From Pseudomonadota bacterium (GTDB lineage Bacteria > Pseudomonadota > Gammaproteobacteria > Burkholderiales > JAJZQI01), in contig JAJZQI010000005.1 of the NCBI GenBank assembly GCA_021851875.1, forward strand, positions 399 to 64,398: a stretch of DNA of 64,000 nt, written 5' to 3'. Each line of letters starts with the position of its first letter. The stretch's first letter is position 1. This document shows positions 24,991 to 34,195 of this stretch, in pieces. The notes beneath the pieces were generated by a model. That model saw nothing but the letters and a program-made list of their open reading frames with translations. It was not told where the DNA came from and ran no database searches. Made by a program: the position numbers and the translations under genes.

Positions 24991-25065
24991 GCTACGATAT
25001 TTATCACTATTTTAAGTGATTGCCAAGCTTTGTTTGAATGCATTAGTCGTAGTTGTGCTACGATA
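24978..25065. promoter_or_regulatory. Two copies of a palindromic site TCGTAG-N5-CTACGA (candidate AbiEi operators) plus ATCACT-N6-AGTGAT palindrome
   Basis: CAGTCGTAGCCATGCTACGATA at 24978-24999 overlaps the abiEi start codon. TAGTCGTAGTTGTGCTACGATA is at 25044-25065. ATCACTATTTTAAGTGAT is at 25003-25020. Confidence 0.45.
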
Positions 25066-25312
25066 GCGACAAATAATCCAAAGATTCGGGCTTGACCGGT
25101 TCGCAGCAATAGTTGACGATTGATGGGCTGGAGTAGCCGCCCGTCAGACCGAGTCCATCTCCCGCGCCTGCGAAAGCGCTTGCTTTTAGACGGTAAAACT
25201 GACGGTAAATAATGATGACGAGAACACAAGAATCTATTATCCATGCTGGTTTCCAGACATCGGAAACAATTGAGTGGGAGTGATCAGGCTCTCCGCAGTA
25301 AACAACACTGGT

Positions 25313-25340
25313 AAAAAAGCCCGCTTAAAGCGGGCTTTTT
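25313..25340 (-). terminator. Bidirectional rho-independent terminator downstream of ppc
   Basis: AAAAAAGCCCGCTTAAAGCGGGCTTTTT: a perfect 7-bp stem flanked by A- and T-runs. Confidence 0.7.
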
Positions 25341-25362
25341 ATTCGCTGCCGACTTGCCGCGC

Positions 25363-28155
25363 TTAGCCGGTATTGCGCATGCCGGCGGCAATGGCGTTAA
25401 TGGTCCGCAGCAAGGGTTGCAGCCAGGGACTGTCGGTGTCGTCGCCCGATTCGCGCAGTTTATTGAGCAGCACGACCTGAATGTGGTTGAGCGGGTCAAG
25501 ATAAAGGCTGCGGTAGTTGAGCGAATAGGCCAGATCCGGGTTGTCGTCCAGCAGGTTTTGCACACCGGCCACATTGCAGATTTGCATGATGGCCCGTTCA
25601 TGACGCGAACGGATGATGTCGTAGATGCGCTGGCCCGATGCCTGGTCCTGACACAATGAGGCGTATTCCTGCGCAATGTGCATGTCGGTTTTGGCCAGGG
25701 CCATTTGCGCATTGGACAGCAGGGTACGGAAGAACGGCCATTCCTGATACATCTGCTGCAGTTTGACCAGCCGGGCCGGGTCCTTGCCGCGCCAGGCTTC
25801 CAGCGCACCGCCGGTGCCGTACCAGGCGGGCAGGGCATGGCGGGACTGGCCCCAGGCAAATACCCAGCCGATTGCCCGGACAGAACTGAGCGAACGGTCG
25901 CCTTTTTTGCGGTGAGACGGGCGCGAGCCGATGTTCAGCATGCCGATTTCGCGAACCGGGGTGACCTCGTAGAAGTAGTCGAGAAAGCCTGCGGTCCGCT
26001 CGGTCAGCTCGCGGTAGACCTTTTCGCCTTCCACGGCCAGTTCGTCCATGATGCCGAGATAGTCCTTGCGGTCTTCGGCTACCGGGCGCACAAGATGGGT
26101 GCTGGCTTTGAGCACACCGGTCACGCCCAGCGTCAGCTCGTAGACGGCCGTTTCCATGTTGTTGTACTTGTAGAACAGGACTTCGCCCTGCTCGGTCAGC
26201 TTCAGTTCGCCGCGAACGGTGCCCGGAGGCTGCGCCAGAATGGCGTCGTGGGTCGGGCCGCCGCCGCGGCCGAGCGTGCCGCCGCGGCCGTGGAACAGGC
26301 GACAGGGCACACCGTATTTGTCGGACAGCGCCATGATGCGCTTCTGCGCCTCATACAGATTCCAGGCCGAGGCCAGAATGCCGCCGTCCTTGCAGGAGTC
26401 GGAGTAACCCAGCATGACTTCCTGGTCTTCGTGATAGGTTTCCAGCAGCGAACGGTAGGTCGGCAGTTCGTACAACTGGGTCAGCACTTCTTCCGAATGC
26501 TTCAGGTCGTCGATGGTTTCAAACAGCGGCGATACGCCGATGTGGCAATACCACTTGCCGGCGATACGGCCAGCCAGCCCGGCCTGGGACGCCAGCAGCA
26601 TGACTTCCAGCACGTGGGACGCGGTGTGGGTCATGGAAATGACGTAGCGGCCGAAGCACTCCGGGCCCAGCGAACGGCGCATATGGGCGATCAGGTTGAA
26701 CACACGCAGGGTTTCCTGGGTGTTTTCCGACAGCGTGGCGGTGTCGTAGACCATTGCATTGGGGTTGGCAATGGCGTCGGCCAGCAGGGAGATGCGTTCG
26801 TTCTCGGACAGGGACTGGTAGTCCAGGCCCAGCGTGGCCTTGAGCAGCTCCGCCACTGTTTCGGTATGGCGGGTGGATTCCTGGCGGATATCCAGTTGCA
26901 TGAGATGGAAGCCGAAGGTTTCCACCAGCAGGATCAGGTCCCGCAGGTTGCCTTCCGCCACGTCGCCGTCGCCATGACCGATCAGTGAATCACGAATCAG
27001 CTCCAGATCGGCTTTGAACTGAGTTGGGCTGGTGTAGCCGGGTTCTTCGTAACCCGCGTCCATGCCGGCGATGGTGCGCTGGATCAGGTCCAGGTTGCGA
27101 CGCATGCGCAACTGCATGATTTCCAGTTTGCGGCGATACGGTTCCTGCGGGTAGGGCTTGGGCTTGTTGCTGAACATCAGCTGCGCCGCGGTAACGTCTT
27201 CTTCCAGACTGTCCAGGAAGGCTTGCGACGGCTGGCACAGGTGCGAGGAAAGCGACAGTTCGTTGGTCAGCTCTTCCATGCGGCGGATGTATTCGCGGCA
27301 GGCGGTCTGGGCCTGCATCTGCCACGCCAGTGCGGTGACTTCGGTGGTGACAAAGGGGTGACCGTCGCGGTCGCCGCCGATCCAGGAGCCGAAGCGCAGG
27401 AAGCTGAAAGGGCGCAGCGAACGGCTGACGTCTTCGCCGTAGACATCCTGCACCGCGGTGTGGAAGTTGCGATAGACCTGGGTCACAGCCTGGAACAGCG
27501 ACTGCGGGAAGTAGGACAGGCCGGTGGAAATTTCGTCGCGCACGTCCAGTTTGTAGGCCCGCACCTCGTCCGTTTTCCACAGCACGCGGATCTGCGTGGT
27601 CAGGCGGCGGATGGTCTCGTCGCGGTAGATGCCGCGGGTGCGCGGATTGTCCAGCGTGTCCATGCTGAGGAAGATGTTGCGCAGGGCGCCTTTGATGGTG
27701 CTGCGCTTGGCCTCGGACGGGTGGGCGGTGAGCACCGGCAGGTAGCACAGGCGATCGAGCAGCGTCTGCAGTTGGTCGGGCTGAATGCCCTGTTCCTTCA
27801 GCTCCAGCAGCACGTCGTGGAACGAACCGCGCCACATGTGCTTGCCTTTTTTGACCGCCTGGCGGCGATAGCGCAGGTTGACCGTCTCTTCGGCGATATT
27901 GGTCAGGCTGAAATAGATGTTGTAGGCGCGGATAATGGACGACAGGGTGTCCGGCGACATACGTTCAATACGGCTGATCAATTCGCGCCGGCGAGCCGGT
28001 TCGTCATTCTCGCGCAAGTGGATGAAGCCATCACGCAGTTCGCGCAATGCCTCATAGTCTGACTTGTGCAGTTCACTTTTCAAAACCCGGGACAGGAGCA
28101 GGCTAAGCAAACGCTCCCGGGCGCGCATCTCTTTTTCGTGGAACAAGGCGGGCAT
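25363..28155 (-). CDS. ppc: Phosphoenolpyruvate carboxylase
   Basis: 930 aa. Motifs VLTAHPSE, MLGYSDSCKDGG and FHGRGGTLGRGGGP, with the C-terminal ...AAGMRNTG. Confidence 0.95.
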   Translation of the reverse strand: MPALFHEKEMRARERLLSLLLSRVLKSELHKSDYEALRELRDGFIHLRENDEPARRRELISRIERMSPDTLSSIIRAYNIYFSLTNIAEETVNLRYRRQAVKKGKHMWRGSFHDVLLELKEQGIQPDQLQTLLDRLCYLPVLTAHPSEAKRSTIKGALRNIFLSMDTLDNPRTRGIYRDETIRRLTTQIRVLWKTDEVRAYKLDVRDEISTGLSYFPQSLFQAVTQVYRNFHTAVQDVYGEDVSRSLRPFSFLRFGSWIGGDRDGHPFVTTEVTALAWQMQAQTACREYIRRMEELTNELSLSSHLCQPSQAFLDSLEEDVTAAQLMFSNKPKPYPQEPYRRKLEIMQLRMRRNLDLIQRTIAGMDAGYEEPGYTSPTQFKADLELIRDSLIGHGDGDVAEGNLRDLILLVETFGFHLMQLDIRQESTRHTETVAELLKATLGLDYQSLSENERISLLADAIANPNAMVYDTATLSENTQETLRVFNLIAHMRRSLGPECFGRYVISMTHTASHVLEVMLLASQAGLAGRIAGKWYCHIGVSPLFETIDDLKHSEEVLTQLYELPTYRSLLETYHEDQEVMLGYSDSCKDGGILASAWNLYEAQKRIMALSDKYGVPCRLFHGRGGTLGRGGGPTHDAILAQPPGTVRGELKLTEQGEVLFYKYNNMETAVYELTLGVTGVLKASTHLVRPVAEDRKDYLGIMDELAVEGEKVYRELTERTAGFLDYFYEVTPVREIGMLNIGSRPSHRKKGDRSLSSVRAIGWVFAWGQSRHALPAWYGTGGALEAWRGKDPARLVKLQQMYQEWPFFRTLLSNAQMALAKTDMHIAQEYASLCQDQASGQRIYDIIRSRHERAIMQICNVAGVQNLLDDNPDLAYSLNYRSLYLDPLNHIQVVLLNKLRESGDDTDSPWLQPLLRTINAIAAGMRNTG

Positions 28156-28292
28156 AATGGCTTGAAGATAGACAATCCCGTAATTTTATTGTGCTTGAGT
28201 GAATCTTGCCAGCCTTAATCCACTTTAACGGGCAAAAATAGTGCCAAATCTTGTCTGCTGCACCGAAATTGTCGCCGGCGCCGGTGACGATT

Positions 28293-31200
28293 TTAGCCGT
28301 CTCGACGCAGGTCCAGCGTGCATGGATACTCGCCCGACGGTGTTTCCTCGGGCGGCAGCATGCCTTCCTTGCCCCGTTCTTCCGGCATGAAACGAAACAG
28401 CGAGGCAAATTGAGGGGGCGGCGTAAAACTTCCGGGCGTATGGTCCTGCGGGTTGAAGCGCGTATGGCGGCGCGATTCCGCTTCATAAGCATTGACCGGG
28501 AAATGCGCATAATTGCGCCCGCCGGGGTGCATGACGTGATAGGAACAGCCGCCCAGGGAACGGTTGTTCCAGGTGTCCAGCAGATCGAATACCAGCGGGG
28601 AATGAACGCCTATGGTCGGATGCAGGGCCGAGGGAGGCTGCCAGGCCCGGTAACGAACACCGGCGACGTATTCGCCCTGCGTGCCGGTATTGCGCATGGG
28701 AATGCGGCGGCCATTGCAGACCAACGCGTACCGTTCATCGGTGAGCCCGCTGATTTTAACCTGCAGCCGTTCGACGGACGAATCAACATAGCGTGCCGTA
28801 CCCTGACTGGTGGCCTCTTCGCCCAGCACAGGCCAGGGCTCGATGGCGGCGCGCAGCTCCATGTCAATGTCTCCCAGCTGCAGTGAGCCGTAACGGGGAA
28901 AGCGGAATTCCAGAAACGGGACGAACCATTCCAGTTGAAACGGATAGCCGGCTTTATTCAGCTCGCCTACGATTTCGCCCAAATCGGCCCACAGATAATG
29001 CGGCAGCATCCAGCGATCGTGCAGGGCCGTGCCCCAGCGTACCAGCGGCTTGTCGTAGGGCTGCGCCCAGAAGCGGGCGATCAGCGCGCGCAGAAGCAGC
29101 ATTTGCGTCAAACTCATGCGTGCATGCGGCGGCATTTCAAAGGCGCGAAATTCCAGCAATCCTTGTCGCCCGGCAGGGGAGTCGGGCGAATAGAGTTTGT
29201 CGATGCAAAACTCCGCCCGGTGGGTATTGCCGGTCAGGTCGGTTAGCAGATTGCGAAACAGGCGATCGACCAGCCAGAGTCTGTCGGTGCCCCCGTGAGG
29301 AACCTGGCGGAAGGCGATTTCCAGCTCATACAAATTTTCCGGCCGGCCTTCGTCCACTCTGGGAGCCTGGCTGGTCGGGCCGACAAACAGCCCGGCAAAC
29401 AGATAGGACAGGCTGGGGTGGTGTTGCCAGTAGGTCAGCAGGCTTTGCAGCAAATCCGGTCGGCGCAGGAAGGGACTGTCGGCCGGTGTAGCCCCGCCGA
29501 AAGTGACATGGTTGCCGCCACCGGTTCCGCTATGGCGACCGTCGAGCATGAATTTTTCGGCGCTCAGGCGCGATTGGCGGGCTTCTTCATATAGCACAGT
29601 GGTTCGCTCGACGAGTTCGGACCAACTTTGCGCCGGATGGATATTGACCTCGATCACGCCGGGATCTGGCGTGACGAGCAGTTTCTCCAATCGGCCATCA
29701 CCGGAGGGCGGGTAGCCTTCCAGCACGACAGGCAGATTAAGTTGCTGGGCCGTACGTTCGATGGCCGCGATGAGCGATAAGGTGTGTTCCAGCCGCTGCA
29801 GCGGTGGCATAAATATGTGCAAACAACCGCCTCTTGCTTCGATACACACCGCTGTGTGGGGAATCGTAGTGTTGGTTATTTTGTCAGCACTCTCCTGAGT
29901 GTGAATTTCCGGATGGAGACTTTGTTCTTTGGCTATTTGACTATAGCGTGCGGCAATTTCTCCCTGGGCAGGACTGAAAGGGGGCAGGGGCGATTGTGTT
30001 TCGAAGGGATCGATTTCGCCAACCCACTCGTGTGGCTTTTCCTCTCGGGACAGGGAATGAAGGGGTAAGCGCAGCCCGATAGGGGATTCACCGGGTGTCA
30101 GATACAAGCTGTTGCGACGAAACCGCCACGGGGCCGAGTGCCAGTTGCCCGTTGACCAATCCCAGTCCAGCGGCAGGACATAACCTGCTGGCGTATCCAG
30201 GCCGCGGGATAACGTATCCGCCAGATTGCGCCGTTCGATGTCGTCATTAAGGCTGGCCTTGGTCGGGTCAATGTTCAGCGGTATCTCTGCTTCGCGCAGC
30301 AAATAATACAGCGCATCCTCAAATGCCGGCATGACACAGCCGGGTCTGACGGCCAGTTGCTCAGCAAGCTGCGCAGCAAACGAGGCAGCATGGTCAAGCG
30401 TATGGCCGTAATCATGGCCTGCTTCCGCCAGCAGTTCGGGCTGATGCCAGATGGGCACGCCATCCTTGCGCCAGTACAGGCCAAGCGCCCAGCGTGGCAG
30501 CGGTTCACCTGGATACCATTTCCCCTGCGCCGCGTGCAGTAAGCCACCTGGAGCAAAGCGGGCCTGCAGCCGGCGGGCCAGTACTTCGGCGCGTTCGAGT
30601 TTGTGTCTGCCCAGGGCTTCCGTATTCCATTCCGGGGCGTCGACGTTGTCTATGGCCACAAACGTGGGTTCGCCACCCTGCGTCAGACGCACATCCATTT
30701 CATTCAGGCGCTGATCGACCAGCTGGCCAAGCGCCTGGATCAGATCCCACTGTTCGTCGCTGTAGGGCCTGGTTACCCGCTGATCCTCGCGGAAACGGGT
30801 GACGCTGTTGCTGTAGCTGAATTCGACCTCGCACGGGTCGGTAAAACCTTCGATCGGTGCGGCGCTGCTCGGATGCGGGGTGCAGGCAAGGGGAATATGC
30901 CCTTCACCAGCAAACAGGCCCGAAGTCGGGTCCAGTCCGATCCATCCCGCGCCGGGGATATACACTTCCGCCCAGGCATGCAGGTCGGTGAAATCGTTCT
31001 GCGTGCCGGACGGGCCGTCCAGCGCTTTCTCGTCCGCCGTCAGTTGCACCAGATAGCCCGACGCAAAGCGGGCTGCCAACCCCAAATGGCGCAAAATCTG
31101 CACCAGCAGCCAACCGGTATCACGACATGAACCCAAACTGAGCTGCAACGTTTCTTCACAGCTTTGCACGCCGGGGTCCAGGCGCACGGTATATTGAATG

Positions 31201-31664
31201 GCCTGCTGTAATTTTTGGTTGAGAGAAACAAGAAAATCCACCGTCCCTGTTTCAGTATGAGGAATCTGCGACAGGTAAGCGTCCAGCAGCAGGCCGCTTT
31301 CAGCGACTTCCAGGTAGGGGGTCAGTTCTTTGCGTAAAGATGCCGGATAACTGAAGGGCCATTTTTCGGCATATTCCTCGATGAAGAAGTCGAAAGGGTT
31401 GATGACCGTCATGTCAGCAATTACTTCAATATCAACGCTTAATTTTTTGGTTTTATTTGGAAATGTAACTCTTGCCAGCCAATTGCCAAAGGGGTCCTGC
31501 TGCCAGTTGATGAAATGCTCTGCAGGTTCTATTTTCAGGCTGTACGAAACAACTGGCGTGCGGGCATGAACCGCGGGGCGCAGCCGAACAACATGCGGAC
31601 TCAGTGTGATCGGACGATCAAACTGGTAAACCGTTGTATGCCTGATGGCAACGTGAATGGACAT
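28293..31664 (-). CDS. Large transglutaminase-like protein (Bact_transglu_N + transglutaminase core + DUF2126)
   Basis: 1123 aa. The N-terminal IRHTTVYQFDRPITLSPHVVRLRP is typical. The transglutaminase core is SCRDTGWLLVQILRHLGLAARFASGY...HAWAEVYIPGAGWIGLDPT. Confidence 0.8.
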   Translation of the reverse strand: MSIHVAIRHTTVYQFDRPITLSPHVVRLRPAVHARTPVVSYSLKIEPAEHFINWQQDPFGNWLARVTFPNKTKKLSVDIEVIADMTVINPFDFFIEEYAEKWPFSYPASLRKELTPYLEVAESGLLLDAYLSQIPHTETGTVDFLVSLNQKLQQAIQYTVRLDPGVQSCEETLQLSLGSCRDTGWLLVQILRHLGLAARFASGYLVQLTADEKALDGPSGTQNDFTDLHAWAEVYIPGAGWIGLDPTSGLFAGEGHIPLACTPHPSSAAPIEGFTDPCEVEFSYSNSVTRFREDQRVTRPYSDEQWDLIQALGQLVDQRLNEMDVRLTQGGEPTFVAIDNVDAPEWNTEALGRHKLERAEVLARRLQARFAPGGLLHAAQGKWYPGEPLPRWALGLYWRKDGVPIWHQPELLAEAGHDYGHTLDHAASFAAQLAEQLAVRPGCVMPAFEDALYYLLREAEIPLNIDPTKASLNDDIERRNLADTLSRGLDTPAGYVLPLDWDWSTGNWHSAPWRFRRNSLYLTPGESPIGLRLPLHSLSREEKPHEWVGEIDPFETQSPLPPFSPAQGEIAARYSQIAKEQSLHPEIHTQESADKITNTTIPHTAVCIEARGGCLHIFMPPLQRLEHTLSLIAAIERTAQQLNLPVVLEGYPPSGDGRLEKLLVTPDPGVIEVNIHPAQSWSELVERTTVLYEEARQSRLSAEKFMLDGRHSGTGGGNHVTFGGATPADSPFLRRPDLLQSLLTYWQHHPSLSYLFAGLFVGPTSQAPRVDEGRPENLYELEIAFRQVPHGGTDRLWLVDRLFRNLLTDLTGNTHRAEFCIDKLYSPDSPAGRQGLLEFRAFEMPPHARMSLTQMLLLRALIARFWAQPYDKPLVRWGTALHDRWMLPHYLWADLGEIVGELNKAGYPFQLEWFVPFLEFRFPRYGSLQLGDIDMELRAAIEPWPVLGEEATSQGTARYVDSSVERLQVKISGLTDERYALVCNGRRIPMRNTGTQGEYVAGVRYRAWQPPSALHPTIGVHSPLVFDLLDTWNNRSLGGCSYHVMHPGGRNYAHFPVNAYEAESRRHTRFNPQDHTPGSFTPPPQFASLFRFMPEERGKEGMLPPEETPSGEYPCTLDLRRDG

Positions 31665-31947
31665 GACAAATTGGGGCTTAGGTTGGTTTCATCCACAGCG
31701 TGACGGGTTGCAGCGGCTCTCTCCAGCGCGCTGCGCCAAACTCCAATCAGCAATGTTTATGCCACTGCGTGTGGGGTGCTCGGGCTCAAATGGCTGCAGA
31801 CGTTTACCCGAGCGAGGCCAGGAAAGTACCCTTTCAGCCAGGTTCAACGCGCGCCCGAATGGTGCGTGTGCACCAAACAGCGCAATCCTCAGCGAACAAC
31901 TCCGGGTGGGAAAAGGGTAAAGAAGCTGGTAGAATGCGTCGCTTGCC

Positions 31948-32075
<128 letters not shown>

Positions 32076-32197
32076 GTGGTGTGGGGTAGTGGATGAGGGC
32101 ACGTGAATTTATGGGTTCGACTAGGCGGCTTGCCGCCTGGACGCACGCAGTGCGGTCCCGAGGTCTTGTCGAGGGATGGCCGGGCGGTTTCGGCCAC

Positions 32198-32254
32198 AAT
32201 CCCACCCTCTCCGCCAAATTAAAAAGCCGATCCATAGGGTCGGCTTTTTAATTT
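32198..32254 (+). repeat. Direct repeat copy 2 (att-like partial tRNA-Ser 3' end plus hairpin)
   Basis: AATCCCACCCTCTCCGCCAAATTAAAAAGCCGATCCATAGGGTCGGCTTTTTAATTT. There is no tRNA body upstream of it. It also serves as a hairpin downstream of the minus-strand ORF ending at 32275. Confidence 0.85.
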
Positions 32255-32274
32255 TACAGGTAAACCGCAACCGG

Positions 32275-32469
32275 TCAGGCTGTAGTGTTCAGCACCTGAC
32301 CAATTGTTTCGCCGTTGGTGTTGACGGTCGGGCTGGGGGTGGGTTGAGAAACGCTTGCGCCACTGTTGTCGCTGTCCTGGTCGCGATCGCTGGTCGGTTG
32401 CGGTGCCGGGGGCGTGTATTGGGATGAGGTGGTCGGCGGAGTGCTGTATGTAACAGATGAAATGGCCAT
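32275..32469 (-). CDS. Hypothetical small Pro/Thr/Ser-rich protein (64 aa)
   Basis: ATG preceded by a GGGAGA SD. The low-complexity sequence has no signal peptide and no recognisable family. Lies 47 nt downstream of the EI24-like gene on the same strand. Confidence 0.3.
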   Translation of the reverse strand: MAISSVTYSTPPTTSSQYTPPAPQPTSDRDQDSDNSGASVSQPTPSPTVNTNGETIGQVLNTTA

Positions 32470-32516
32470 GATGATCTCCCCATGTCAGGTGGTGGCTGCT
32501 TCGAGTATAGGTTGGA

Positions 32517-33257
32517 TCATGACAACTGCAAGGAGTTCCCTGCCTGACTACGGATCTTGTCCAGCTTCGCCAGACACAGATGGATATAGGCCAGGCCCAC
32601 ATAGACGGCGGAGAAAATGTTGAGAATGGGGACGAATTGCAGCAGGCCTGCCAGCGCGCCCAGCAAATACATCTGTCCGGAGTTTTCCTGCAGAATGCGA
32701 TCGTATTCTGCTCGGCTGGCATGCTCCGCCAGCGCATCGTAGCGGAATAGACGTTGATTGAGATAAGCGGCCAGAATAATCGGCAGAATGCCGGCAAATA
32801 GGGTGAACAGCCACAGCGGCAGGGTGAGGAGCCATAGCAGAAGGTAAATGAAAACACCCACCAGGCTGTTGCTGACGCTGCCAATGAACGTGCCGCCGTG
32901 TTTGCGTTCCAACTGCGGGTAGTGTTGGCCGGCGACATGCTCGACCATGGTGGGCATGGCAAATACGGCGGTGATGAACAGGGCCGTGACGTAAATGACC
33001 GGCAGCAGAAGCATCAGCAGAACGATGCTGATGAAATAGCCGGATGCGGCGGCCAGAAAACCGTGCAGCAACCATTGTTCGGCCGGTGTCTGTTGCAGCC
33101 AGTCATGGATCATGCGAGCCCAGTCGCTCCAGAAAAACAGCGACAGGCCGCCCCACAATACGATAGCCGTCAGGGTGGGCCATAAAACCAGGGCAAGCAT
33201 ACGTGGATGAAACTGGCTCTTCAAGGCGGCCAGCAGGGCATTGAATACGTCTTTCAT
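32517..33257 (-). CDS. EI24/CysZ-like integral membrane protein
   Basis: 246 aa with several TM segments. The overall pattern resembles EI24-domain (DUF540/CysZ-like) proteins. Call is from resemblance only. Confidence 0.5.
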   Translation of the reverse strand: MKDVFNALLAALKSQFHPRMLALVLWPTLTAIVLWGGLSLFFWSDWARMIHDWLQQTPAEQWLLHGFLAAASGYFISIVLLMLLLPVIYVTALFITAVFAMPTMVEHVAGQHYPQLERKHGGTFIGSVSNSLVGVFIYLLLWLLTLPLWLFTLFAGILPIILAAYLNQRLFRYDALAEHASRAEYDRILQENSGQMYLLGALAGLLQFVPILNIFSAVYVGLAYIHLCLAKLDKIRSQAGNSLQLS

Positions 33258-33349
33258 GGCGGCTGTGTGGCTTGAGTCTCTGGCAGGATGAATACTTACA
33301 CTCTATAACCGAAATGGGTTGATGTCACGATTCCAAAGGATGTTGGAAC

Positions 33350-34195
33350 ATGCGCTTTTTCCGTTATTTGATTTTGTTCTGCGTGTTTTTGAGCAGTCTG
33401 GTGCATGCCGGCGAATTTCGGGTGATCGATTTGCAGCACCGTGGTGCTGCGGAAATGGCCGATACGATCCGGCCGATGTTACAAGCTGACGAGAATGTAA
33501 GCGTTATCGGCACCCAGCTGATTTTGAGCGCATCGCCGCAACGGCTGGAGATGCTGAATGCCTTGGTCAATCGTCTGGATACGGTGGTTCATCAGTTCCG
33601 GATCAGTGTGCGAACAGGTGAGCAGATGGCCGAAGCGCAGCAGCAGATCGGTGTCAGCGGAAGGGGCGCCGGCGATCATGCAGCCTTGAGTATACCTCCG
33701 GCGGCAGGTGACAGGCCGACAGTGGAAGTGCGTGACGGTCAGAATGTGGCGCGTATTTCCGCCGAGAGTCGCTCGATGCGGGGGACGGAGAATGTCAGCC
33801 AGGTTCTGACCGTGATGGAGGGCTACCCGGCCCAGATCGGAGTGGGAGAATCACGCCCGCTGCCAAGCTATAGCGTCGTTCAGCAGGGCAACCGGATAAC
33901 TGAGGTGCGTTCGCAAGATTACGTGGCGGCGAACTCCGGGTTTTCGGTTGTGGCGCGCATGCAGGGGGATCGGGTGGTGTTGCGTATTCGACCGCAATCC
34001 GCCGATTTTAATGCGCGCGGTGGCATCAACACGGCCGGCGCGGATACGTCCGTCAGTGTCATGCCGGGACAGTGGTTTCAGCTTGGCGGGATGGCGCAAG
34101 AGCAAAATACAACAGGCCGGGCGATTCTGGCGGGGCAGCAGGGGAACAGTTTGTCGCAGTCCGCAATATGGCTGCGTGTGGAGGTCATCAAGTAG
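33350..34195 (+). CDS. Secreted protein with secretin N-domain-like region
   Basis: Signal peptide MRFFRYLILFCVFLSSLVHA. AEMADTIRPMLQADENVSVIGTQLILSASPQRLEMLNALVNRLD resembles the short N-domains of GspD/PilQ secretins. There is no C-terminal secretin pore domain. Confidence 0.45.
   Translation: MRFFRYLILFCVFLSSLVHAGEFRVIDLQHRGAAEMADTIRPMLQADENVSVIGTQLILSASPQRLEMLNALVNRLDTVVHQFRISVRTGEQMAEAQQQIGVSGRGAGDHAALSIPPAAGDRPTVEVRDGQNVARISAESRSMRGTENVSQVLTVMEGYPAQIGVGESRPLPSYSVVQQGNRITEVRSQDYVAANSGFSVVARMQGDRVVLRIRPQSADFNARGGINTAGADTSVSVMPGQWFQLGGMAQEQNTTGRAILAGQQGNSLSQSAIWLRVEVIK

Larger units (their letters stand above)
1..25070. mobile_element. Segment of an integrative conjugative element / conjugative genomic island (Tn4371-family-like backbone plus cargo); left end outside window, right boundary approximate
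   Basis: Contiguous relaxase, TraF, DUF2840, RHH, ParA, RepA, AlpA-like HTH, DUF2285, DUF2958 x2, DUF736, ParB-like and RadC genes on one strand. Visibly higher GC than 25.3-64 kb. Includes an IS remnant plus metal, iron and defence cargo. Confidence 0.55.

Noticed and set aside
25330-25345. Match to the 8-bp Tn4371-family attachment sequence (TTTTTYAT, from memory) in GGGCTTTTTATTCG
   Set aside because: It is only a partial match (CTTTTTAT), lies inside the ppc terminator T-run, and no second copy is visible in the window. It is not evidence for an att site.
25678-26988. 436-aa plus-strand ORF, plus the ORFs at 26990-27835 and 27223-28062
   Set aside because: They are antisense or alternative frames within ppc, which is unambiguous.
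32076-32197. Second tRNA gene or pseudo-tRNA inside the 122-bp segment between the direct repeats
   Set aside because: T-loop-like and variable-arm-like fragments are present but in the wrong order. No acceptor 5' strand, D arm or anticodon arm can be assembled, so it is treated as scrambled remnants.
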